NCBI RefSeq assembly: GCF_035084215.1
Contig: NC_090349.1
Span: 27,776,001-27,840,000, forward strand
Direction of reading: 5' to 3'
DNA length: 64,000 nt
DNA from: Heptranchias perlo
Lineage: Eukaryota
Part shown: piece after piece, positions 11,116 to 23,290 of the stretch
How positions within the stretch are numbered: position 1 is the first letter of the stretch
Layout of the letters: each line of letters starts with the position of its first letter
Made by a program: the position numbers and the translations under genes
Notes under the pieces: model-generated
The model's input: the letters and a program-made list of their open reading frames with translations, nothing else
Databases searched by the model: none
What the model was told of the DNA's origin: nothing

Positions 11116-13367
11116 CAAAATGCAAATAACTACTGAAAACAGAAACCGAGCTATCAACGTCTTGACACTTTCTCTTTCAAGCACACTTTTGTAAAAAAAT
11201 TGGAATGTTCAGAAAACCTACTTTCACTTTTGTCAGGCTGTAGAATTGGGGAAGCTCAGAGTTTCTCTACATAAACTGTATAAGCTCTAAATGTACATCT
11301 TCACAACTACCTATACCACAAGCTGCCAAGCATAGATTATGCAAAGTTTATTTTTCACAAAAGTGTAACAAAGAGGAAGTACCAACATGAATTGGTCCAG
11401 ACTCAGTTCTGCTATTAATCTATAATTTGCTGAAGTATGAACAATGTTTCGGCTGGATTAAAAATAATCAAGACATTGTTTTTGACTTGTTATATTAGCG
11501 ATATTGGACTGTAAGTGACCTGGAGATCCTAATCTAAGAACACTCGGGTACTCACATACTTTTAGCTTTATTTTAAACTTAATTCCCAAGAGGTCTTTTA
11601 ATTAAAAACTTAAAATCAAAATGCTCATGACTGTTTCATTAAGTGCATGCCAGTCACATTGACAGCCTACTCACAACTTACATCCTTTTAAGATTAAAGC
11701 TACTTCAATGGTGCAGTATCCAACATCCATTAGAAATCTCATATGCCATGTCAATGGGCAAGAATGGAGAGATCTGGATTTAATCTGTAATATGTAAAAC
11801 ATTAACCTGTAAAAGGATTTATGATTTGTGTACTGGATGTTCTGGCTGACATCTCTTGTCCCAAACTTTCTGGGCAACTGAATACCTTATATTGTGTTGG
11901 AAATAGATCATACCAAAGAACATAAGTAACAATTTACATTTATATGGTACCTTTAACGTGGCAAAATGTTCTAAAACACTTCACAATTGAGGGTCAGATC
12001 TGAGCAAGAACAGCAGTGAAATTAAGGGGTGGTAGCCAAAAGTACTATTGAACAGCTAAGCTTTAAGAAGTGATGTGGCAAGATGGAATGGCTTATGGAG
12101 AAAGTTCCAGAGTGTGAAGGCAGGATGATTGAACGCTTTTCCAGTGACGATAGGAAAGAGAGCAAAACGCACAGCAGACCAGAGCTGGAAAAGTGGAGGG
12201 GTCATGCAGGAATACAAGGCTGGAGGAAGTAATGTAGGTAGGGAAGAGCTAGGCCAGGGAGAGATTTGTACACTACAGCTTTGAAATTGATGCGCTAGGG
12301 ATGGACGCCAATGGAGATCAGCAATGATATGGGTGGTAAGTGAGCGGGACTTTGTGCAGGATAGAATGTGGATGGCAGCACTCTGGAGCAGTTGGTTTTA
12401 TGGGGGTGGAGCTTGGAAGGCTGGCAAAAGAGTGGTGGGAAAAGTTGAGTCTGGAGGTGGAAAAAGGTATGAATGAGGATTTCAGCAACAGCAAAGACAA
12501 GTAGCAATGGAACCCTAAGAGGGCAGCACCATGGAAGAAGGGCAGTGGAGAAAGTGGTCCGACACACAGGTCTTTGACCAGGGTGGGCTGAATGCTGTGG
12601 GAGGGATGCAAACCAGACCAAAGGGATTAGAATAGGGAGATGTGACTCAGAATTGAATGATGACATGTTCCAGAATCTTAGGAGAGGAAAAGGAGGTTGG
12701 AGATTGGATGGTAGTTGGAGAGCAAGCTTCTTAAATTAGGTAAAACAAGACAAATTGTAAAATAATGAAAGTGCTCATCTGTTCATACTTAGATAAAAGT
12801 TTTTAGTGGGCTTAACACCATTCTCTGATACATACTTATCAACTACCAACTTAATGTGTTCTATCAAAGAGAATACCACCCTTGCTGTTGACCTAGTTAA
12901 ATCAATCTTCAGAACTACTAGATATGGTGATTTAACATTTACAGAAAGTTCCTGGTATTTTTATTAACATGTCCCAGAAATAATCCTATGGAGCTACAAA
13001 TAAGAATCTGCCACATTTTTCAGATCACTAAAACATCTTACTTTAAAAAAAAATTATATCAACTGTTTGAAAAGTTCACACTTTCTAATGCAATTTAATT
13101 TTCATGTTGTTGAACTGGCCTATTCAATACATCTAGTTCAGTTTTTTGTCCCATCAAGTCAGAAATGTGATGTAATTACCTTACTAGTGACAAGAAAAAG
13201 TGCATAATGACAATACAGGCTACCTATATAAAACATATGAAATGTACCTGTGGCCCATGTTCATTATGTGCACATTACATAATTGGCAACCACATCAAAT
13301 GGCCACTTATCCAAAGTTACAATATTTAAAAAAAGGAGTGATTGGAGAGTTAAAATATCACATCGAA

Positions 13368-13712
13368 CAAGACTGTCCAATAGAAATTGCTGATTAGCCA
13401 CAGGTGTGGTTATGGTGAGACATACTTCACATGTATATTTACTTAACAAACATCTACCACTATTCAGTAACCAAGGAAGTAAAGAACTCACAACAATCAA
13501 AAAACACCTGCACTGTTTTTCGTCTTACTACTTTACTAAGAAACACACAAAAAGGATAAAGTAACATGCATACTCGGTATGAATAGGAGTATTGAGGTCA
13601 CATGTCCAATGATAGTGCCTATTACTTATTTATTAATCAGAAATGCAATTAGCCACATCTGGATTCTCAATTAGCCACATGTGGCTAGTGGTTAATGTAT
13701 TGGTCACGACTG
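13368..13712. mobile_element. Second copy of the hAT-Charlie element, opposite orientation
   Basis: Aligns by eye with the reverse complement of 43499-43916; begins CAAGACTGTCCAATAGAAA; contains TAGCCACATGTGGCTAG. Confidence 0.75.
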
Positions 13713-13825
13713 ACAGAAGCTTTGCACAATTCACTTTGCCACTTAAGGGTTATCAGGACTTCTACACACATATATGTATCTAATCAGTCCTTATTGAGTA
13801 CCTTCAGAAAGCAGTACATAAATGG

Positions 13826-14272
13826 CCAATTTGACTCAGTTGGCTCCACTCAAGCCACTGAGTCAGAAGGCTATGAGTTCAAGTTCCAGTCCAGGACTTG
13901 AGCACATAAACTAGTCTGACACTTCAGTGGAGTATGAGGCAGTGCTGCATCGTCAGAGGGGCTGTCCTTTGGATGAAATGCTCTCAAATGCCTGTTCCGG
14001 TGGTCATTAAAGCTCCTAGGGTATTATTCAGAGAGAAGGGAGATCTCCCACTATAAGACCCAACACTATCCCCACAACTTGCACCTCCAAAAACAGATAA
14101 ACTGGTCTTTCATGGGATTGCTGCTTCTGAGACCTGGCTGTGTGCAAAATGACTGCCACATTCAGCAACACAGCAAAACTGATTGCACTTCAAAGTAATT
14201 CATTGTATGAGAAACACTTTGGACATCCACAGAAACTTGATAAGTCACTATATAAATGCAAGATCTTTTTCT
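13826..14272 (+). mobile_element. Deu-type SINE copy
   Basis: Same family, more diverged. Confidence 0.7.
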
Positions 14273-14799
14273 TATTACATGCAAAAGCTGCATTGTCTGG
14301 CTACAATCATTCCATTTAGCAGGTTTTGACAATGAAGAAAATGTGAAGCATCATGTCAGCGCTCAAAGGTATACAACCCTAGTCTGTGTGTCTTCTTCCC
14401 CAAGATTCAGAAATAGTAATTTTTCAGACCCAGGCAAAGAATGCTATGGTGAGGCACCAAGAGGGTTGAGGAAAAATAAACAAGCAGTGAGTGAGGATGA
14501 TTTCCAAATATAATTGACAGAGACAAAAAAAATCTGTCCACTTAGAAAGATAGGGTAAATATTAATGGAGTGAGCAAAAAAGATGTGTGTTGAAATATTA
14601 CATTTTTAGCATTAATTTCCTGCACTATAGGCTAACTGTTACTTCTCTGAGCACTGATAATCTTTTTCAAATTGCAAAATGTGCACTCATTTTTCTACCT
14701 TACAGCATCTTCAGAAATGCATCTGCAGTGATGTTTACTGTAGAATGAAAGATGTACAAAACCATACAGCATTTTGTAATTCAGTATTAAACATTCGGA

Positions 14800-16615
14800 T
14801 GATAGAACCATAGAAGGTTATGGCACAGGAGGCCATTCAGCCCATCGTGTCCATGCCAGCCGAAGAGCTATCCAGCTTAATCCCACTTTGGTCCGTAGCC
14901 CTGTAGGTTACGGCACTTCAAGTGCACATCCAAGTACTTTTAAAATGAGTTGAGGGTTTCTGTCTCCACCACCCTTTCAGGCAGTGAGTTCCAGACCCCC
15001 ACCACACTCGGTGAAAACATTTCTCCTCAGCTCCCCTCTAATCCTTCTACCAATTACTTTAAATCTATGCCCCCTGGTCAGTGACCCATCTGCTAAGGGA
15101 AATAGGTCCTCCCTATCCACTCTATCTAGTCCCGTCATAATTTTATATACCTCAATTAAATCTCCTCTCAGCCTCCTTTGTTTCAAAGAAAACAATCCCA
15201 GCCTATCCAATCTTTTCTCATAGCTAAAATTCTCCAGCCCTGGCAACATCCTCGTAAATCTCCTCCGTATCCTCTCTAGTGCAATCACATCTTTCCTGTA
15301 ATGTGGTGACCAGAACTATATGCAACCAATGTTTTATATAGTTCTAGCATAATCTCCCTGCTCTTATATTCTGTGCCTCGGCTAATAAAAAAAGTATCCT
15401 GTATGCCTTTTTAACCACCTTGTCTACCTGTCCTGCTACCTTCAGGGATCTGTGGACATGCACTCCAAGGTCCCTTTGTTCCTCTACACCTCTCAGTATC
15501 CTCATTTACTGTGTACTCCCTTGCCTTGTTTGCCCTCCCCAAATGCATTACCTTACACTTCTCTGGATTGAATTCCATTTGCCACTTTTCTGCCCACTGA
15601 CTAGTCCATTGATATCTTCCTGCAGTCTACAACTTTCCTCCTCTCTATCAACCACACTGTCAATTTTTGTATCATCTGCAGACTTCTTGATTAAGCCTCC
15701 CACATTCACGTCCAAATTATACCACATTAACATATACCACAAAAAGCAAGGGACCTAGTATTGAGCCTTGCGGGACCCCACTGGAAACAACCTTCCAGTC
15801 GCAAAAACACCAGTCAACCATTACCCTTTGCTTCCTGCCACTGAGCCAATTTTTTTCTTCCAACTAGCCACTTTCCCTTGGATTCCATGGGCTTTTACTT
15901 TTTTGACCAGTCTGCCATGTGGGACCTTGTCAAAAGCCTTGCTAAAATCCATGTACCCTATATCAAATGCATTACCCTCATTGAATTTTTTGAGCAGGTA
16001 ACAAGAAGGGTCAATCAAGTTAGTCAGACACGACTTTCCCTTAACAAATCCATGCTGATTGCCCTCGATTAACCCATGCCTTTCTAAATGACGATTTGTG
16101 CTGTCCCTCAGAATCGATTCCAATAATTTTCCCACCACCGAGGTTAGACTGACTGGCCTATAATTACTTGGTCTAAGTCTTTCTCCCTTTTAAATAACGG
16201 TACAACGGTAGCAGTCCTCCAATCCTCCGGCACCACGCCTGTAGCCAGGGAAGTTTAGAAAACGATGATCAGAGCCTCCGCTATTTCCTCCCTTGCTTCT
16301 CAACAGCCTGGGATACATTTCATCCAGGCCTGGCAATTTATCTTCTTTCAAAGATGCTAAACCCCTTAATACTTCCTCCCTCACTATGTTTATCCCAGCC
16401 AATATTTCTCACTCCTCCTCAGCTACAATCTCTGCATCGTCCCCCCTCTTTTGCGAAGACAGACGCAAAGTATTCATTAAGAACCATACCCACATCTTCC
16501 GCCTCCACACATAGGTTACTTTTTTGGTCTCTAATAGGCCCTGCTCTTTCCTTAGTTATCCTCTTGCTCTTTATGTATTTATAAAACATTTTGGGGTTTT
16601 CCTTAATTTTACTTG
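14800..16615 (-). mobile_element. CR1 LINE fragment (degraded ORF2)
   Basis: ORF fragments QHGFVKGKSCLTNL, DFSKAFDKVPH, ADDTK, LFSLKQRRLRGDL. Confidence 0.92.
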
Positions 16616-18649
16616 GATCACAATAACATGGTTGTCTTTAATAAAGCTCTGCACTGTACGGTAGCATTTCTGTAAATCCTTTGAGAATTCCTATTCTCAA
16701 TGATGGAACAAGGGCGGACAATTGTGTTCTTTTTCATTCCTGCTGCTTCTAAATTCACCGTGAAAATAATCTAACACTTTCTCTAGGTGACCTGGTGGAG
16801 CAGCATGGTGTAGACACAAATCTGTATTCATTATCTCTGACCCCACAAGTTTCAGACGTCAGGTATGGCTTCAGTGGTTTATCCAGAACAAAGGGCGCAA
16901 AGACCACGAGGTCACCTTTCATTTGCAACCTCAACAGCAGCACTGGCAAAGGTCTTGGAGCAGGTTACCTGCTAACCCTCCAAATCCTCATGAAAAGACA
17001 GGAGTGGAAAAAAAACTTCCTTCAATTCTGAAGCAAACTAATATGGAAAAAAGTCCCTTTACTAGCATTTCGTTAGCTCTCCCGACAGCCCAGTTGGTAA
17101 AGGCCCAGGTTCAATTCCAGGTGAGTGCAATGTTAAGATCTCTCAACCAAGGTGACATTAAGGGTGTTATAATAAGCCTCAATATCCCTACGTTAGGGAA
17201 AGCTTTCGAGTCTGATTAATATTTAGTAACCCCTACTGAAAATTGCACGAGAGATGTGTGGGCTTACGCGGTGATCTTTCCTCTTTTCCCACCAAAAGGG
17301 GCAAGTAGCCAATTAGCACATTATCTTGGCTCACATGGAGAATGGCCACTTGGGCAAAGACTGGAAAGCAACAAGCATCTGAGAAACTGTAACAGAAGTC
17401 AATGCTTATCCTTGGGGGGGTTGAAAGGCATAGGAGAGAGGGAGAAAAAAGGAACCAAACCAGAAACAATGTTTTGTTAACAAGTTCTTAATCTGCTTTA
17501 GTAACTGACAAATTGGTTCAGAATAAATCTCCTTGATTATTCCTGCTAATCTGCTTATTTTCCAACATCATTAGAGCAGTAATTATAATTGGTTAAATTG
17601 GCTGTATTATTAAAAATATTTACAGACCTTGATGCAATAATTTGCTTTTAAATGTTTGCACCATAAAGAACAAAGCCTCAATCAAATAAACTGTAATTTT
17701 TGGACCCTAGCAGTGTATGCCTCAAATCATATTACAATAATTCTACAAGACTAAAATGTCAAAAAGTATGTTAAGATTTCAATCATTTTGGCAAATTTTA
17801 GAATTTTCCAAAATAGAAGCATCAAGGTCAGGTAAAAAATACATTTCTCAGATTTTTTTAAACTGGGGTAGCATTGTCATAATAAATTAGGTCTTACCAC
17901 CTATATACCACTTCCCAATTCACATGTTCTACTCTTCAACTTTGTTGCTGTAGCCCATCACCCAGGTTTCTCAACAAAAACAGGTGCATAAACCTTATAG
18001 CAACCGTTTTAAATCCCTTCCTAGAAAGGTCCTTTTACAAAGCCAGAACCATCAATTAATTTCTTACAATAAAAGCACATTTCAGGCAGGTACCTATCAC
18101 TTATATACCTCAATGGCTTGCTACCACCATAAGCAAAAACAGGGCTCGAACTTGCATTTTCTACAGAACCCTTGGCGTAAAGCTCCAATTATCCCACGTC
18201 ATCACTAAAACTACTGAGAGAAACATTGCTTTATTTTCACTCCCAGTCAAAAGCTTAGATGTTTCATTATTTTGCCCCTGGTACTTTTTGCTTGGAATTT
18301 TCCATGTGGCTTAGATTTGGGCTTTTTATTTTGTGAAAAGCCCCTGTTTTTTCTCCCTGACATTACTAATGACATTGTTGATATCGCCGATGGTTTAACT
18401 GATATCCGTAATGTCGATCCCAGTTTCATGGGGGGGGGGGGGGGAATGTTGATAGTTATTTTACCATTCGGTCATTTATCATACTTTGGACTCTGTTACA
18501 TGTATTCCTGCATTTAGTTCGGGAAAATAACGTGTCACATCAAAAAGTGAGACATCATTCCCTCAGGAAGTACTGCAGTCTGGGGATAGTTAACAGATTG
18601 AAAAAAAAAACACAACTTGAATTTGCATCATTAACATTGGACCACACAA

Positions 18650-19460
18650 GAGAGCGAGTGAATCGAGGAAAGTTATGTGAACTTCATGACATCGGTGCCG
18701 CCGCTGTGATTTGTTTTTAAAAGCAGAACCTGAATTTTCGCCGAGAATTAATGGGCTGCGAAGCTCCCCGGGGTGGGGGGGGGGGGGGGAAGTCAGCTCA
18801 GCCCGAATTGGGGGGTGAAAAAGAGTCCTTTTACTTACGGATCGCCCGTGTACTGCGCCCCGCCGACGAAGCCGTACTTGTCGATCTTCTGGTCCCCGTT
18901 GACGAAGCCGTTGATCTCGGAGTCGGAGCCGACGGAACTGACGTCTCCCCGGAGGCCGAAGTCGGGATCCGCCAGGCTCTCGGTGGTGCCCCTCGGATAT
19001 GCCGCCTCAGGCACCGCGTTCATATCGTCCTCCCGGCTCTTCTTCATGACTACTGGCCCGGTCCTGGGCCTGGGCCTGTGCCAGTGCGGAACTAATCTGT
19101 CCTCCCCTCACCGTCCTCGGACTCGCTGCCTGCGTTGCCGAGTTTCAGACTCTCCCGGGGCCGCTCCGCTTTTCCCGGGTCCCCCCTCGTCGGTCTCGAG
19201 ACTCCGGTTGCATCGCTCGCCTGTTCAAAGGCGGGCGGGCGGCGACGACGACGACAGTGGCTCCTGCCGCTGAGAATCGCCGCAGGCCGATCCCCCGAAC
19301 GAGGTGGTACTCGTCAGCCCGAGGACAGGTTCCCTTTCGCGGGTCGCGCTCACAAACTCGGCCGACTCGTCTCCAAGCCTCAAAAAAAACACCCTCCCGC
19401 CGTCTGAGGAAATGCGCATGCGCGACCTGGCTCCAGGCCCCGCCCCAATCTCTGAGCAAA
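18650..19460 (-). promoter_or_regulatory. CpG-island promoter/5'UTR of TBC1D10A with NRF1-type site (TGCGCATGCGC, 19413-19423), GC box (GGCCCCGCCCC, 19436-19446) and overlapping CCAAT
   Basis: Sharp local rise in GC and CpG content; motifs read directly, about 370-400 nt upstream of the ATG. Confidence 0.75.
18839..19047 (-). CDS. TBC1D10A: TBC1 domain family member 10A (EPI64, Rab-GAP), coding exon 1
   Basis: MKKSRE...SSVGSDSEINGF...KIDKYGFVGG resembles the TBC1D10 N-terminal motif (SSLGSDSE.NGF...RIDKFGF). Ends at donor CC|GTAAGT (phase 2) inside a CpG island. The paralogue call rests on adjacency to SF3A1. No exon 2 was recognised in 1-18838. Confidence 0.85.
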
Positions 19461-19821
19461 AGGAAAAGTGCTTCAGGGCATAATAGTGAAAAAAAAACAT
19501 ATCAGATAAGATTATCTCCACTTTATACCAACAAAAAAAAACACAAAGGATCTGATGCAGAAAATGGCATCCTGGCTGACGGGTGAAAGTTAAATAGACA
19601 ACTAATTATTGCTCCTCGCGATAAAAAGAAAAACTGCGATTGCTGGGATTCTTCCCACTCTTTGTTTTGCAGAAGAATTATGAATGATTTTTGTAGCTTC
19701 TTAAACAATCTTTTAAATTTCCAATTGCTTTGGACTGTTCGCCATTATTGTTTTATATATAAAGCATGGCATGTTGCACACAGTTCCAGCTCAACCTCGT
19801 CTCAAACAAAGTAGGTTCAAC

Positions 19822-20265
19822 CATAAAATCATGCAGCGCAGGAGGAAGCCATTCGGCCCATCGAGCCTGTTCCGGCTCTTTGAGAGAGCTATTCATTAAG
19901 TCCCACTCCCCTGCTCTTTCCCCATAGCCCCGCAAAATTTTCATTTTTAAGTATATATCCAATTCTCTTTTGAAAGTTACTATTGAAACTGCTTCCACCA
20001 CTCTTTCAGGTAGTCTAATCCAGATCGTAACAATTCGCTGTGTAAAAAAAATTCCCCTAATCTCCCCTCTGGTTCTTTCTCCAATTACCTTAAATCTGTG
20101 TCATCTGGTTACTGACCCTCCTGCCAGTGGAAACACTTTCTAGTAAAACCCTTATAATTTTGAACATCTCTATTAAATCTCCCCTTAATCTTCTCTGCTC
20201 TAAAGAGAACAATTCCAGCTTCTCTAGTCTCTCCACATAACTGAAGTCCCTCATGCCTGGTACCA
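19822..20265 (-). mobile_element. CR1 LINE 3' fragment
   Basis: LFSLEQRRLRGDLIEMFKI plus 3' UTR. Confidence 0.85.
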
Positions 20266-20694
20266 GGATAAGGGACAATATGGGCAAAGATAAATTCTTA
20301 CAAAAACTAAAGTCCATGCTTCAAAATTCTCATCCTTATGTTTAAATCCTTCAATGGCCTCATCCTCCCTATCTCTGTAACCTTTTCCTGTGGTAAAACC
20401 CCTTCCAGTTCTTTCCATTCCTCTAACCCCAGCCTCTTTGTCTCACCATTGGTGGGGCCACCTAGTGCCTGCTCTCTGGAATTTCCACCCGAAACCCCTC
20501 CACCTCTCGTCCTTTAAGACTCTTCTTAAAAACCACCTCTTTGACCAAGCTTTTGCTCACCCCACCTAATCTTTTTGTCTTGGCCTTCATTTTCTTTATG
20601 CCTCTGTGAAGCACCGTGGGATATTTTTCTATGTTAAAGGTACTATATAAATATAAGATGCAATTGTGTAAAATCACTTCATATTATTTTGTAT

Positions 20695-21295
20695 GGGGAT
20701 TATTTGGAGACGGAAACAGGGCAGAAGCACCTCAAAAATGGCGGGGTATGACTCACTGTCCCGTTCCCACCAACAGTGTGGCCAACGCTATCCTCCCAAG
20801 GGCCTACCGCTGGATGGCCAGTGCGCCATCAGGCCCTTTTAATATGCAAATCGGGGTCCTATGACGTACATAGAAACTCGATTCCCATTTTAGAACGCAA
20901 CTGGCGAAGTGTGCGTCGTGCTAGCTCTACACAGATTTTATTTATTTTTCCAGGGCCAGGAGGTGCAGGAGCGCTCCTCCGGGATCCAGAAAAAACAACC
21001 TGGGACATTGTCATAACGGTTCCTCCCCTCCAGACAATGGACCCCCCTTTTCCCGGGACCTATCCTTATCCAGGCCCGGAGACTGGCTGGGCTGCCCAAT
21101 TTTGTGGTGGCCTGGAGCTGTTGGGCTACTATCACAAGCAAAACCAGGGTTCAGAACTTGTATTTTCTACAGAACCCTTGCAGCCAGCCAGCCGTATGTT
21201 AACAAAGCCCAGCTCGGAAAATGGATTGGGCCTCACATGAGCACCATCGCAATTGACTGGCCACCCAAAAGCTGCATGGAAGGAAAATCTACCCC
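20695..21295. mobile_element. Possible GC-rich non-autonomous DNA transposon
   Basis: GC/CpG-richer block with degenerate ends GGGGATTATTT and AAAATCTACCCC. Confidence 0.35.
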
Positions 21296-21872
21296 TATGT
21301 CTCAAGTCTCATTTTTTAGTACTCACCAGTAATTATTGAGATTGAGCAAAGACCAAGGGCACCGCAATAAAAAGAACACCACCAACAAAAATAGCAAATC
21401 CAAACCAAAATCCTAAGTAATTTTTTTCTGAATAATATAAAATCTAGTTGAAGGAAGTCTTATTTTACATACAACAACAACAACCACACACTTGCATTTA
21501 TATAACACCTTTAACGTAATAAAATGTCCCAAGGCGCTTCACAGAAATGGCACTGGCATGCCAAATGCCACCAAATATTCTCCAAGCATTCTCCTGGGAG
21601 GAAGTCACTAATAAATATTGTGCATCCTATCTATTTCCAAGTCAAATCAGCGTCCTCCGGGTTGGGTCCACTATACAAATAATGCCTAGCAATGTCCACC
21701 AATTACGGATGGTTCTTTTAATTGGTGGACACTACATTGCCTGTACTGCAGAGTCACCTGCGCTTGTAGCAAAGCTCGAAATATGGGATGCATCAGTGTA
21801 GAGCATCAGAGAGAATTCAAATTGTGTACATGTACCATTTCTGTGAAGTGGAGATCTGTGAAGTATTACTTC

Positions 21873-22300
21873 AGGCTTGGCTCAGCAGTAGCACACTGAA
21901 CTCTGAGTGAGAAGATTATTGGTTCAAGCCCCACTCCAGCGACAAGCACGGAATCTAGGTTGATACTCCAGAGGTGCTGTCTTTCAGATGAGAGTTTAAA
22001 CTAAGGCCCTGTCTGCCCTGTCAGGTAGATGTAAAAGATCACATAGCAGTATTTGAAGAAGAGCAGGAGAGCTCTTCTGGTGTCCTAACTAACATTTATC
22101 CCTCAACCAACATCACTAAAACAAATTATCTGGTTATTTATCTCATTGTTGTTTGTGGGGCCTTGCTGTGCTCAAATTGGCCGCTGCGTCCCCCTGCATT
22201 GCAACAGTGACTACACTTCAAAAGTATTTTGTTAGCCGTGAAGAGGCTTAGGACATCCTGAAGATGTAAATGGTGCTATATAAACAAGTTCTTTCTTTAT
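21873..22300 (+). mobile_element. Deu-type SINE copy
   Basis: Same head, core and tail as 61866-62298. Confidence 0.75.
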
Positions 22301-22989
22301 TTCAAGGAGTACTTGTTCATCTTTTTTGTACTTTTATTGTATTTTCAAGATTCATATTTACATATATACTTTATGAAACCATTGTAATCCACTGATGAGG
22401 CTTGCACCAATAAAGAGCACAGCTCCATTGGAAAACCTAGGGCTAACGCAAATCAGCACAAAACAAAAGCAGGACCAAAGACCCCAGTTTTGTACCTACA
22501 CCACCAGTACCCTGTAGCGGAATTTCAGCCCCATAATTTACCCTTTAGTCCCTGTCATTGGTTTTTCTTTAAATGATTTATAGCACATGCGTAAACATAA
22601 GAGCCATGGGCGCATTAATTTTATCATACATACGATGTAAGGATTATAACACAAATTATAACCACAATAATGGATCTCTGGATTCAGTTGATGTTCAACC
22701 ATTACAAGAAGTGAATGAAACAACTGCTTTGGAATCACCTTCCCCCTCTCCACATATCCATTTTTGAAATAATATACTGTGGGGCGGAAGGAGGCAATTT
22801 TATTTATTTTAATCTGGTTAATTTCCTGTGGGAAGGTGTCAATGGTAGACATCAAGAGCCAGGCCTCTCCATGCAGCTAATGAACAGTGACATCAGCACT
22901 GAAGAGTTGACAATTAGTTGTGACATAATCAGTATATTTATCAAGTAATTTAGAGTTGATGACCGGCAATAATTCAGTTATTTTACATT

Positions 22990-23290
22990 CTTTTTATTTG
23001 TTCTTGGCATGTGAGTGACACTATCAAAGCTGCACTTATTGCCCATTCCTAGTTGCTCTGAGGAGATGGTGTTGAGCTTTTTCCTTGAACTACTGCAATC
23101 CTTGTGGTGATGGTGCTCCCATGATGGTATTGGGTTGGGAATTCCAGGATATTGGCCCAGTGACGATGAAGGAACAGCAATATATGGCAAAGTCAGGACG
23201 TGTGTGATGTGGAAGGGAATGGTGGTAGAGGTTGTAATGGAGGGAGGTGCTGTCAAAGTAACCTTGGTGAGTTGCTGAAGTGTATCCTGT
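22990..23290 (-). mobile_element. Older 3' fragment of the same LINE family
   Basis: YIAVPSSSLGQYPG peptide shared with ORF 40638-41165. Confidence 0.75.

Noticed and set aside
13826-13900. tRNA-like A/B-box sequences here and at other SINE heads
   Set aside because: They are degenerate SINE heads attached to SINE bodies, not cloverleaf tRNA genes.
18751-19586. Several overlapping ORFs of 90-166 aa
   Set aside because: By-products of GC-rich CpG-island sequence, antisense to or upstream of TBC1D10A exon 1; no recognisable domains.
22391-22430. CTGATGAG resembling a hammerhead core
   Set aside because: No helix II closed directly before a GAAA and no helix I partner found.
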